Shown: positions 13,821 through 22,867, counted from the stretch's first letter. The stretch is 32,000 nt of DNA from Ktedonobacterales bacterium (GCA_030167145.1 CP126532.1:3630001-3662000), one strand, 5' to 3'. A program made the numbers and translations. Notes: a model not told the origin generated them from the sequence alone.

Positions 13821-16544
13821 CGGCGCATGCTCCAGCTTCTTCAGATATGGATCCTGCGACCACAGCCATTCCGCCTGCTCGCGCGCCTCGCTCAGCAGAT
13901 GCGTATCCGCCAGCCGCGCCACCTTTAGCTCCGGCAGACCGCTCTGGCGCGTGCCGAAGAAGTCGCCCGGACCGCGCATTTGCAGGTCCGCGTCGGCCAG
14001 CTCGAATCCGTCCGTTGTCCGCTCCATCACGCTCAGCCGCTCGCGTGCCACCGCGCTCGCCTCCTGGCTCAGTAGATAGCAGTACGATTGCTGCTGTCCG
14101 CGCCCCACGCGCCCGCGGAACTGGTGCATCTGCGACAACCCGAAGCGGTCCGCATCCTCGATCAGCATCACCGTCGCATTCGGCACATCCACACCCACCT
14201 CCACCACCGCCGTCGCCACCAGCACATCAATCTCGCCATCGCGGAAGGCGCGCATCACGCGGTCCTTCTCGGCGGGCTTGAGTTGCCCATGTACCAGCCC
14301 TAGGCGCAGATCAGGGAAGACCTCAGCCTTCAGCCGCTCATACTCCTTCACCGCCGATTTCGCCTCCAATGCCTCCGATTCCTCCACCAGCGGGCAGATG
14401 ATATACGCCTGCCGTCCGTTCGCCACCTCTTCGGCCACCAGCCGGTACGCCTCTTGCCGCTGCGTGCCCGCCCGCCAGCGCGTCACAATTGGCTGCCGTC
14501 CGGCGGGCAACTCATCCAAAATCGAGACATCCAGATCGCCATAGAGCGTCAGCGCCAACGTGCGCGGAATCGGCGTCGCCGTCATCACCAGCATGTGCGG
14601 GCTGTAGCCCTTCTGCCGCAACGCCTCACGCTGCTCCACCCCGAAGCGGTGCTGCTCATCCACCACCGCCAGCGCCAATTCCTTGAACTCCACACCCTCT
14701 TGCAGCAGCGCATGCGTGCCGATGGCCACCGCCGCCTCGCCGCTGGCCAGCGCGTCACGTGCGGCAGTTCGCTCTTTGGCCTTCTGGCTCCCCGTCAGCA
14801 ACACTACTTTCAGCCCAAACGGCGCCAGCAGCGCGCTCAAGCCGCGATAATGCTGCTCCGCGAGAATCTCCGTGGGGGCCAGCAGCGCGCCCTGGTAGCC
14901 ATTGGCGGCCGCCGCCAGCAGCGCCGCGCCCGCCACCACCGTCTTGCCGGAGCCGACATCGCCCTGCAGCAGGCGGCTCATCGGCTTGCGCTCCGCCATA
15001 TCCTTCAGTATCTGCCCAATCGCCCGGCGCTGTGCCTTGGTGAACGAGAACGGTAGTGTCCGCTCGAAACACGTCGCCGTCAGCGGCCACAGTCCCCCGC
15101 CCAGGGCCGTGCCAGCCACACCAGCGCCATCCGTCCCCTCTGTCGCAGGCGCATCAGCGAAGATCAGCGACGCGGGCGCGGGCAGCGCGGGCGCGGGCGG
15201 GCCATCGCGCCAGTTCGCGCGGCGCGTCAGCATCCCCATCTGGATCAAGAACAACTCGTCGAAGGCGAGACGCCGCCGCGCGGCATCTAACTCGCGCTCG
15301 CTATCGGGATAGTGCATCTGCGCCACCGCTTCGGGCAGCGGCTCCAGCTTGGCGCGCGAGCGCAGCAGCACCGGCAGGTGGTCGGGGATGAACGCCGAGC
15401 AGCGGTCCACGGCCCACTTGGTGAAGCGCCGCATCGCCTTGGGATGCAGCCCCTCCGTCAGGCCATACACCGGAACCAGCCGTCCTGTATTCAGCAGATC
15501 GCCCTGTTCCGGCAACTCGTGGCTGCGCACCCCGAACTCCACCCGGTTGCCGAAACGCTGCTTCACGCCCGTCGCCACAATAGACGCCCCGCGCGGCAAC
15601 TGCTTCAGCAGATACGGCTGGTTGAACCACGTCAGGCGGATCGCCCCCGTTTCGTCGCTGATCTGCGCGATGGTGCGCGTGCGCCCATTGCCGGTGCGCC
15701 GGTTCTCCACCTCCCAGATCCGCCCCAATATCGTGCTGACCTCGTCGAACGGCAGCGTGCCGATTTTGGCAAGTTTGCTGTAATCCCGATGCTCGCGCGG
15801 AAAGGTGAAGAGCAGATCGCGCACCGTCTCGATACCCAGCTTACGCAGGCGTTCAGCCTGGGTTGGCCCCACGCCCTGCACTGCCGTCACCGGCGCGGCG
15901 AGCAGATATTCGTCTTCAGGGCGCGGCGCTGGCCGGGGACTGACTTGTATCACCGCGCCCGCCGGATCGCTCGCGTCGCCGCCTGCTCGCGTCTGTGCCG
16001 CAGTCGCGGCCTCCGCCAGCGGCCAGCGCTCCTCGCGCGCTGGCGCAGCGTGCGTTCGCCCGGCTGAACCCGTGGGCGGACGTACCCCTGATGCTTCGGC
16101 GGCGCGCCCTCCTGCCGGTCGCGCAGGAGCGGGCACGGACGGCGATGTGGAAGGTGACACGGCGGGCCGTGTCGGGGCAGTATGCGCCCGCACCTTGATC
16201 GCTTCGATCAACGCCAGCGCAGCGCGAACTTTTGCCCCGCGCTGCATCGGATCGAGCGCGCGATACCCCGCGAAGAGCCGCGCGATAGCGTCTTCGGGCG
16301 GCGGACCAGACGAGCGCCCCGGCTCATTGGCAATGGTCCCCCGCGTCCGCGCCGCACGCACCTCAGCAGACCACCGACTCACGAACGCTTCGAGTCCCCC
16401 CGGCTTCACGGCGCTATCCTCGTGGCCCATGCGCTGCTCGTGCAGCAGCACCCGCCGCGCCCGTTCGATGAGCGCCCGCGCCACATCCGTATCCTGCGCT
16501 GTTCCGCTTGTCGCGCGTGTGTCTGCCACTGGCCCGCCTCGCAT
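13773..16544 (-). CDS. recG: ATP-dependent DNA helicase RecG (start uncertain; long N-terminal extension)
   Basis: HhH-like GVGPTQAERLRKLGIETVRDLLFTFPREHRDY. Walker A GDVGSGKT. DEQHRFG. TATPIPRT. QLHQ-like MHQFRGRVGRG. Start placed at ATG 16544, because the track ORF start 16700 would overlap the upstream kinase gene. Confidence 0.9.
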   Translation of the reverse strand: MRGGPVADTRATSGTAQDTDVARALIERARRVLLHEQRMGHEDSAVKPGGLEAFVSRWSAEVRAARTRGTIANEPGRSSGPPPEDAIARLFAGYRALDPMQRGAKVRAALALIEAIKVRAHTAPTRPAVSPSTSPSVPAPARPAGGRAAEASGVRPPTGSAGRTHAAPAREERWPLAEAATAAQTRAGGDASDPAGAVIQVSPRPAPRPEDEYLLAAPVTAVQGVGPTQAERLRKLGIETVRDLLFTFPREHRDYSKLAKIGTLPFDEVSTILGRIWEVENRRTGNGRTRTIAQISDETGAIRLTWFNQPYLLKQLPRGASIVATGVKQRFGNRVEFGVRSHELPEQGDLLNTGRLVPVYGLTEGLHPKAMRRFTKWAVDRCSAFIPDHLPVLLRSRAKLEPLPEAVAQMHYPDSERELDAARRRLAFDELFLIQMGMLTRRANWRDGPPAPALPAPASLIFADAPATEGTDGAGVAGTALGGGLWPLTATCFERTLPFSFTKAQRRAIGQILKDMAERKPMSRLLQGDVGSGKTVVAGAALLAAAANGYQGALLAPTEILAEQHYRGLSALLAPFGLKVVLLTGSQKAKERTAARDALASGEAAVAIGTHALLQEGVEFKELALAVVDEQHRFGVEQREALRQKGYSPHMLVMTATPIPRTLALTLYGDLDVSILDELPAGRQPIVTRWRAGTQRQEAYRLVAEEVANGRQAYIICPLVEESEALEAKSAVKEYERLKAEVFPDLRLGLVHGQLKPAEKDRVMRAFRDGEIDVLVATAVVEVGVDVPNATVMLIEDADRFGLSQMHQFRGRVGRGQQQSYCYLLSQEASAVARERLSVMERTTDGFELADADLQMRGPGDFFGTRQSGLPELKVARLADTHLLSEAREQAEWLWSQDPYLKKLEHAPLRERVFIFWRDFMAH

Positions 16545-16671
16545 GATCTGATCGCTTCGTCTGTGCTGGTCCCGCCAGCACGCCCGTTCACTCAGTATAG
16601 CGCGCCAACAGCGCCCGCTCAACTTTCGCGGCAATCGGCATAGCCCACCGCCATAGCATGCGCCGCGGCAT

Positions 16672-18270
16672 TCATGCCCCCGCGTCGGTGCTCCGGCCAT
16701 TCATGGCCGAGGCTGCCTCTTGCTCGCCCGCCACCGGCAGCGTGAACCAGAACGTCGCCCCAGCCCCCGGCGCGCCCTCACATCCCACCTGGCCACCATG
16801 CAGCTCGATAATCGTCTTGCTGATGTACAGCCCCAGCCCCAGCCCCACGCCAGAACCGCTCTGCACCGCGCTCCCCGGCGCCTGGTAGAACCGCTCCCAG
16901 ATGTGCTCCTGCTCAGCCGCCGAAAATCCCACCCCTTCATCCCGCACACTCACCCGCACCATCCGCTCGCCTTCCTTCACCACCGCCACGTGAACCGGCT
17001 GCTCCGGGCGCGAGTACTTCAGCGCATTCGTCAGGTAATTCGTCAGCGTCTGCCGGATGCGATCCGCATCTGCCAGCACTTCCACCGCGCGCGTCTCCTC
17101 CTCCGCTGCCACCACGACACTCCGCTCAGGATGCTCCAGTCGTTGCTCCTCCACACAGTCGCGCACCAGCGCGATCAGGTCAAAGTGCGCGGGACGTAGC
17201 AGCAGTTTGCCCCCCTGGATGCGCGACAAATCCAGCAGATCATTGACCAGCCGTTCCAGCCGGTTCGTCCCCGCCACCGTGCGATCAATCGCTGGCAGCA
17301 ATGGCTCCACTATATCCAACGCCCGCATTTCGCCTTGCTGTTCCGCGCTCACCACCCGCCGCAACTGCCGCGCAATCAACTGCAGATTGCCCTTCATCGC
17401 CGTCAGCGGCGTCTTGAGTTCATGGCTGGCGATGCCAATATAGTCATCCATCCGCCTGGTCGTCTCTTGCAGCACTCGCACCTGCGTCTGTGCCTCCGCC
17501 TGTGCCATCTCCCGCGCCACCCGCTCGCGCAGCGCCGCCGTCCGCCAGAGCAGCGCGAAGGCCAGCGCCAGCAACAGGAGATTCCCCGCCAACATCGCCA
17601 GGAATATCTCCAATGCGGATCGCGATACCCCCGCCGCACTTGTCTTCTGGTCGCTCAGCATGCGATTCTCCGCGCCTTCGATCTGTCCGATCTCCGCGCG
17701 CAATTGGCTCAGCGCCGGCTGCGCTTCGCTCGAACCTAGCAAGTTCAGCGCCTCAGCGGTCTGCCCCGTCTGCCGCAGCGTGATGAGCTTCTGCATGTCA
17801 TCCAGTTTCGATATCGCCTGCTGTTGTATCGCATCCACTTGTTGCTTCTGCGCCGTGCTATCTACTGACACCCGCAATTGCCGCATCTCCACGACTACTT
17901 GCGAGCGCGCGCTGAGATAGAGTTGCAGGTACTCGCGATCTCCGCTCAGCACGTAGCGCAGCATCCCTACCTCTGCCTCATCCAGGTTCGTCATCACGCC
18001 ATGTACCTGCGTCAGCGTCGCCTCCGTCTGCGACACCGCCTGCTCCTGTTTGCTCACAGCCTGCACATTCCACAGTGTTGCCAGCACATTCGCCAGCAGC
18101 CCCAACGCCAGCAGTGTCGCCACCACGGCGAATCCATAGCGACGTAACGCTGCCCCGCGCTGCTTCTTATTCTTCCCATCATTCTTCCCATCGTGCCCCG
18201 CACGCCACCGCGATCCCCGGCCTCGTATCCCCGCGCCATGTGTTGCCGAAATTGCGCCGTCTGCCGCCAT
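16672..18270 (-). CDS. Sensor histidine kinase with extracytoplasmic CHASE3 domain
   Basis: GGAGGA 5 nt upstream of ATG 18270. TM helix, then the CHASE3-like LDEAEVGMLRYVLSGDREYLQLYLSA, then a second TM. H-box IASHELKTPL, N-box LTNALKYS, G1 VRDEGVGF, G2 GSGVGLGLGLYIS. Confidence 0.85.
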   Translation of the reverse strand: MAADGAISATHGAGIRGRGSRWRAGHDGKNDGKNKKQRGAALRRYGFAVVATLLALGLLANVLATLWNVQAVSKQEQAVSQTEATLTQVHGVMTNLDEAEVGMLRYVLSGDREYLQLYLSARSQVVVEMRQLRVSVDSTAQKQQVDAIQQQAISKLDDMQKLITLRQTGQTAEALNLLGSSEAQPALSQLRAEIGQIEGAENRMLSDQKTSAAGVSRSALEIFLAMLAGNLLLLALAFALLWRTAALRERVAREMAQAEAQTQVRVLQETTRRMDDYIGIASHELKTPLTAMKGNLQLIARQLRRVVSAEQQGEMRALDIVEPLLPAIDRTVAGTNRLERLVNDLLDLSRIQGGKLLLRPAHFDLIALVRDCVEEQRLEHPERSVVVAAEEETRAVEVLADADRIRQTLTNYLTNALKYSRPEQPVHVAVVKEGERMVRVSVRDEGVGFSAAEQEHIWERFYQAPGSAVQSGSGVGLGLGLYISKTIIELHGGQVGCEGAPGAGATFWFTLPVAGEQEAASAMNGRSTDAGA

Positions 18271-18395
18271 TACATTCCTCCATCGCATCACCGGCGATCT
18301 CCGTGGCGCTATTGGCCCGCGTCTATGCTGCGCGTCTACCCGCCTCGCTCTCCAACTCTTCTTGCAGAACATGTGCCGCACGCCTGGATGCTCAC

Positions 18396-19076
18396 CTAAT
18401 CGAGCAGCCCGCTCGCGCCATTCCAGATCAAAAAACCGCCCACCAACAGCGACACCGCAATCGTGATGAAGCGCCCACGCACCTTGATCCAACCGGACAA
18501 AACATCGAACCGCTCTGGCGCCCACCGGTTCACGAGAATCGGTGTCAGCAGCAGCGCTTCCGCTGCCAGCACATACAGCGCATAGGCGACAACACTGCCC
18601 ACCACGGCTGTCTCAGCCTGGCGAATCACCCCAAGCGCCGTCAGCGTGAAGAGCCACGCCCGCGCCGAGGTTGTCACCAGCAATGCCCCCAGCCCAAATG
18701 CCCTGATCGGCGTGAGCGCCGAGATCAGCGTGATCCATTTCGTGATCAGCCCGTCCGGTTCGTCTGGATCTCCGCGTGTAACGATCTGCTGCAGCGCCGC
18801 CGCCCACATCAGAATCCCGGCGACCAGTTTCAAGAGCGACACGATGATCTCGACTTCTCCCGGCCGGTGGGACACATCGGCCACGCTAATCAGCGCGCCG
18901 AACACGATGCCCTGCACCAAACGCACAGCCGTCACACCACCCGCGAACGCCGCCGCCCCCTTCTGGCCTTGCTCAGACCTCAGCAGCGAGAGGACCAGCA
19001 GGATCCAGGTGGGCATCATCATGCTGCCGATGGCATAGGGGAGCAACTGGATCAAGACATTCGCCAATGCAGCCAC
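18396..19076 (-). CDS. GAP-family (DUF2910/Sap-like) integral membrane protein; start uncertain
   Basis: Six or so hydrophobic helices (LLPYAIGSMMMPTWILLVLSLL ... ITIAVSLLVGGFLIWNGASGLL) resemble the GAP family. The upstream 100 aa of the track ORF are Arg/Cys-rich and overlap the opposite-strand gene, so the start is moved to GTG 19076. Confidence 0.55.
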   Translation of the reverse strand: MAALANVLIQLLPYAIGSMMMPTWILLVLSLLRSEQGQKGAAAFAGGVTAVRLVQGIVFGALISVADVSHRPGEVEIIVSLLKLVAGILMWAAALQQIVTRGDPDEPDGLITKWITLISALTPIRAFGLGALLVTTSARAWLFTLTALGVIRQAETAVVGSVVAYALYVLAAEALLLTPILVNRWAPERFDVLSGWIKVRGRFITIAVSLLVGGFLIWNGASGLLD

Positions 19077-19268
19077 CCTTCTGACTTGTCTGATGCTGGC
19101 ATGAGCCGCGCCATCACCTGGCCGCGCTCCCGACCACTCGCAGCACAACCGTAACCCACACTGATCGCACCGTTCGCACAGACGATGCCGCCGCTCCTTC
19201 TGGCTTGCCGCCCGGCGGCGCTGGTAGCATTGATATGCAAGTCGCGAGCAGAGTGAGAGGAACGCCGC

Positions 19269-20015
19269 ATGCGCATCGCCATCATCTCCGACATCCACGG
19301 CAACCTTATTGCCCTCAACGCCGTGCTGGACGACCTCGCCCGCGAACCGCTGGACCAGATCATCTGCCTGGGCGATGTAGCTTCCTTCGGCCCGCAACCC
19401 GCTGAGGTCGTTGCGCGCCTGCGCGCCGCCGGCTGCCCCGTAGTCATGGGCAATGCCGATGCCGAACTACTCACGCCGGGAGCGCCCGCCGCCGACGAGA
19501 CACTCCGCCGCTTACAGGAAATTGATGTCTGGTGCGCCGCGCAGCTCTCCACCGCTGATCGCGCCTACATTAGCTCCTTCCAACCAACCATCTCCGTCAC
19601 CCTCGATACCGGCGCTTCTCTGCTCTGCTATCACGGTTCGCCGCAATCCTTCAACGACCCGATCCGCACCACCACCAGCGATGACGACCTGGCGCGGTAC
19701 TTCTCCGGCTTCAGCGCCCAGCTCTTCGCGGGTGGGCATACCCACATCCAGATGCTGCGGCGCTACCGCGACGCCCTGGTGCTCAATCCCGGCAGCGTCG
19801 GCCTCGCCTATGACCGCGTGCCATCTCCCGGCGTCGCCGACGCCACGGTGCGCAACCCACCGTGGGCCGAATACGCCATCCTCACCGTCGCGGGCGGCCG
19901 CCTCGGCGTTGACCTGCGGCGCGTCCCCTTCGACGTTGCGGCGCTGCTGCGGGCGGCCCGCGCGAGCGGCATGCCCCACGCCGCGTGGTGGTGCGCCGAC
20001 TGGGACACGGCATAA
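19269..20015 (+). CDS. Metallophosphoesterase (YfcE/MJ0936-like), paralog A
   Basis: GAGAGGAA RBS. Motifs ISDIHGN, GDVASFG, GNAD, GGHTHIQ. 248 aa, the same length as the 30627-31373 paralog and colinear with it. Confidence 0.85.
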   Translation: MRIAIISDIHGNLIALNAVLDDLAREPLDQIICLGDVASFGPQPAEVVARLRAAGCPVVMGNADAELLTPGAPAADETLRRLQEIDVWCAAQLSTADRAYISSFQPTISVTLDTGASLLCYHGSPQSFNDPIRTTTSDDDLARYFSGFSAQLFAGGHTHIQMLRRYRDALVLNPGSVGLAYDRVPSPGVADATVRNPPWAEYAILTVAGGRLGVDLRRVPFDVAALLRAARASGMPHAAWWCADWDTA

Positions 20016-20234
20016 CCCTCGTTTCCGGCGTGCGTGCCAGATCGGGCAGTCTCCCACCATGCATTCCGATGGCTTATCATGTCCGCACGGTCCCCGCGTT
20101 GCCCACCGGCTGGCCCTCGCTATGGGACTAGTCGTGGCACTAACGATGCTGGTATGCGTCGCGTACAACACCGTTTACCCCGCCACGGTGGCGCTCGCCG
20201 CCGCAACGGCGATCACACGAAAGCAGGTCATAGC

Positions 20235-20606
20235 ATGGATTGGAAGCTCGAACTGGTGGTGATTCCCGTGTCGGATGTAGACCGCGCCAAAGCGTTCTAC
20301 ACCGAGCAGGTTGGATTCCATGCCGACCACGATCAGCGTGTAAGCGAGACCCTCCGTTTCGTGCAACTCACCCCTCCAGGGTCTGCCTGTTCGATAGCCA
20401 TCGGCGAAGACATCGTCTCTGGCGAACCCGGCTCGGTGAAGGGCCTGCAAATCGTCGTCCCTGATATCCACGCTGCCCACGCGCATCTCGTCGCGCATGG
20501 CGTCGCGGTCAGTGAGGTCCAGGTGTTAGCCTGGGGCTCCTTCGTCTTCTTCGACGACCCCGACGGCAACCACTGGGCTGTGCAGCAGTTGCCCCCGCGC
20601 AACTGA
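20235..20606 (+). CDS. VOC/glyoxalase-family protein
   Basis: Start at ATG 20235 (MDWKLELVVIPVSDVDRAKAFY...). The C-terminal FFDDPDGNHWAVQQ is typical of glyoxalase/bleomycin-resistance-fold proteins. The upstream part of the track ORF is Arg/Pro-rich junk. Confidence 0.8.
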   Translation: MDWKLELVVIPVSDVDRAKAFYTEQVGFHADHDQRVSETLRFVQLTPPGSACSIAIGEDIVSGEPGSVKGLQIVVPDIHAAHAHLVAHGVAVSEVQVLAWGSFVFFDDPDGNHWAVQQLPPRN

Positions 20607-20653
20607 CATACTTACTACATCGTTCCCTTCACCCGCATCGCCAGCGCTTCGTA

Positions 20654-20674
20654 GGGGCGTCCACTGGACGCCCC
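20654..20674. terminator. GTAGGGGCGTCC-act-GGACGCCCC hairpin between convergent genes (member of a dispersed hairpin family)
   Basis: 9-bp perfect stem read directly, located between the VOC stop (20606) and the SDR stop (20701). Confidence 0.5.
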
Positions 20675-20700
20675 TTGTGCGCTTTGACCCGCCTGCTCTG

Positions 20701-21528
20701 TCACGACAACAAATACCCGCCATCCACCACGATCACGTCGCCGGTGATGTAGTCAGCCGCCGCGCTCGCCAGGAACAGCGCCACGCGCGCAATATCATCT
20801 GGCTCGCCGCTACGGCCCAGCGGAATGCGCGCCGTGAAACTCTCGTTCGACATCTCCTCCACGCTCGCGTTTTCGGCACGCGCCAACGCTTCACCCGCCG
20901 AACGTGCCCCGGGAGTATTCACTGAGCCGGGTGCGATGGCGTTCACCGCGATCCCCCGGCGGCCAAACTCCAGCGCCAGCGCCTTCGTCAGCATCACCAT
21001 CCCGCCTTTAGAGGAATCATAATGCGCCAGATTGCCCGTCGGATGCAGCCCATCAATCGAGGCAATGTTGATGATCCGCCCGCCGTGGTCCCCGGCGACC
21101 ATCTGCCGCGCCGCCGCCTGGGCATAGAGGAATGCCCCCTTCAGATTCACATCGAGCACTTTGTCCCACTGCGCCTCCGTCATATCCAGCGCGGGCGCAA
21201 AGGGAAAGATCCCCGCGTTATTCACCAGAATGTCGAGCCGCCCGAAGGTGCGTACCGCCTCTTCCGCCACCGCGCGGGCATCGCTGGCGCTGGATGTATC
21301 GGCGCGGATTGCACCCGCTGTGCCACCACGCGCGGCAATCTGCGCCACTGTTTCGCGCGCCGCCTCGATGTTGATGTCGCTAATCAGTACCGCCGCGCCC
21401 GCCTCGGCCAGCCGGTACGCGATAGCCTGTCCGATGCCGAGCGCGCCGCCGGTGACGATAGCCACCTTGCCGTTGAGATCGAAGAGCTGCGCAATAGACG
21501 GTGTGGGGTTCGTAGCTGACGATGTCAT
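20701..21528 (-). CDS. SDR-family oxidoreductase (3-oxoacyl-ACP reductase-like)
   Basis: AAGGAG RBS, then ATG 21528 (MTSSATNPTPSIAQLFDLNGKVAIVTGGALGIGQA). NNAG motif and YDSSK (YxxxK). The longer track ORF (to 21921) reads through a tandem DNA repeat and is rejected. Confidence 0.9.
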   Translation of the reverse strand: MTSSATNPTPSIAQLFDLNGKVAIVTGGALGIGQAIAYRLAEAGAAVLISDINIEAARETVAQIAARGGTAGAIRADTSSASDARAVAEEAVRTFGRLDILVNNAGIFPFAPALDMTEAQWDKVLDVNLKGAFLYAQAAARQMVAGDHGGRIINIASIDGLHPTGNLAHYDSSKGGMVMLTKALALEFGRRGIAVNAIAPGSVNTPGARSAGEALARAENASVEEMSNESFTARIPLGRSGEPDDIARVALFLASAAADYITGDVIVVDGGYLLS

Positions 21529-21592
21529 GGTTTTCTCCTTCCCGTTATCGCTTGCCATACCGTACAGGATTACCCCCATCGTAGGGGCGTCC

Positions 21593-21754
21593 GGTGGACG
21601 CCCGTTGCATGGTGGACGCCCGTTGCATGGTGGACGCCCGTTGCATGGTGGACGCCCGTTGCATGGTGGACGCCCGTTGCATGGTGGACGCCCGTTGCAT
21701 GGTGGACGCCCGTTGCATGGTGGACGCCCGTTGCGTGGCGGACGCCGGGCCGCA
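21593..21754. repeat. 18-bp tandem array GGTGGACGCCCGTTGCAT: 7 perfect copies, 1 copy with one mismatch, 1 degenerate copy
   Basis: Copies counted base by base: 21593-21718 perfect x7; 21719-21736 has ...GCGT; 21737-21754 is degenerate. The array begins inside the right arm of a GGGCGTCC-ggt-GGACGCCC hairpin (21585-21603). Confidence 0.95.
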
Positions 21755-21924
21755 CGGCTCGTAGCGCCGCCCAACTCAGTATGTCGTATCACGGGGGCGT
21801 CCGGCGACCGCCCGCCGCACAGCCGCATCACAAATCGGAGGGTGGTATGATGCCAACAGAAAGCGGCACGAACGCGCTCCTTTCCCAACCCGCGCAGGCG
21901 GGTTTCGCGGCGGCACGCCATTGT

Positions 21925-22027
21925 AGGGCAAGGGGAGCGCAGCCCCTCTGAGCCGTTCCGAAGAGGGCAAGGGGAGCGCAGCCCCTCTGAGCCGTTCCGA
22001 AGAGGGGTTCCGAGGAGGGGCGCACGG
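21925..22027. repeat. 39-bp direct repeat x2 (AGGGCAAGGGGAGCGCAGCCCCTCTGAGCCGTTCCGAAG) plus a partial third unit
   Basis: Units at 21925-21963 and 21964-22002 are identical; 22003 onward (AGGGGTTCCGAGGAGGGGCGCACGG) is partial. Each unit can form AGGGG..CCCCT or CCCTCT..AGAGGG stems. Confidence 0.9.
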
Positions 22028-22071
22028 TTTCAACCGCCCGCTCGCCACATCTCAACGAGGAGGTACCGACA

Positions 22072-22863
22072 ATGACAGCAACCATGACCACCTACACCAC
22101 CATTCTGGTTCAGCGCGACGCGCCCATCGCCACCATCACCATGAACCAGCCAGAGCGCCGCAACGCCCTCACCACCCCGCTGATGCGCGAACTCACCGAC
22201 GCCTTCAAAACGCTGGGGCGCGAGAAAGACATACAGGCCATCATCCTGGCGGGCAACGGCCCCGCATTCTCAGCGGGCCACGACCTGCGTGAACTCGTCG
22301 GCGGCAACATCAACGCCTACCGCGAGGTCTTCGATGTCTGCACCGAACTGATGCTCACCATCCAGGCCATCCCACAGCCCGTCATCGCCCAGGTGCGCCG
22401 CCTCGCCACGGCCGCTGGCTGCCAGCTCGTCGCCACCTGCGATCTCGCCATCGCCTCAGAGGAGGCGCGCTTCGCCACCCCTGGCGTCAAGATTGGCCTC
22501 TTCTGCACCACACCCATGGTCGCCCTCAGCCGTGCTATCGGACGCAAACGCGCCCTGCAAATGCTGCTCACCGGCCAGCCGGTGGACGCCCATACCGCCG
22601 CCGATTGGGGCCTCGTCAACACCGTCGTGCCCGATGCCGAACTGGAGGAAGCCACCCGCGCCCTCGCCCAGTCCATCACCACCGCCAGCCCGCTCACCGT
22701 CGCGCTTGGCAAACAGGCGTTCTACAGCCAGATTGACCTCGACCAGCCCAAAGCCTACGCCTACGCCAAAGAAGTCATGACTATGAATGCCATGGCCGCC
22801 GACGCCCAGGAGGGCATGTGTGCCTTCCTTGAAAAGCGCTCGCCCACCTGGACCGGGCAATAG
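22072..22863 (+). CDS. Enoyl-CoA hydratase/isomerase (crotonase) family protein
   Basis: GAGGAGG RBS. ITMNQPERRNAL, GNGPAFSAGHDL and ATPGVKIGL are crotonase-fold motifs. Confidence 0.9.
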   Translation: MTATMTTYTTILVQRDAPIATITMNQPERRNALTTPLMRELTDAFKTLGREKDIQAIILAGNGPAFSAGHDLRELVGGNINAYREVFDVCTELMLTIQAIPQPVIAQVRRLATAAGCQLVATCDLAIASEEARFATPGVKIGLFCTTPMVALSRAIGRKRALQMLLTGQPVDAHTAADWGLVNTVVPDAELEEATRALAQSITTASPLTVALGKQAFYSQIDLDQPKAYAYAKEVMTMNAMAADAQEGMCAFLEKRSPTWTGQ

Positions 22864-22867
22864 CAGC

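Noticed and set aside
14454-16551. Several 100-250 aa plus-strand ORFs inside recG (14454-15056, 15312-16067, 15805-16551)
   Set aside because: They are antisense shadow ORFs with extreme Arg/Pro/Ala/His content. The minus strand encodes all the RecG helicase motifs.
18075-19154. 359-aa plus-strand ORF overlapping the kinase 5' end and the GAP-family gene
   Set aside because: It is His/Arg/Pro/Gln-rich with no domain signature and is antisense to two well-supported genes.
20122-20262. 47-aa hydrophobic mini-ORF (MGLVVALTMLVCVAYNTVYPATVALAAATAI...) upstream of and overlapping the VOC gene
   Set aside because: It has no Shine-Dalgarno and is the tail of a long out-of-frame shadow ORF (19453-20262). 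Ala/Val/Leu richness is expected from GC-rich sequence.
21593-21754. The 18-bp tandem array as a CRISPR array
   Set aside because: The units are contiguous with no unique spacers, the period is only 18 bp, and no cas genes are present. It is a simple tandem repeat.
20701-21921. Long track ORF (406 aa) giving the SDR an N-terminal (NGRPPC)n repeat domain
   Set aside because: The repeat peptide comes from the DNA tandem array, which is open in every frame. A strong AAGGAG RBS plus ATG at 21528 sits directly before the Rossmann fold, and the upstream residues are Arg/Cys/Pro-rich junk.
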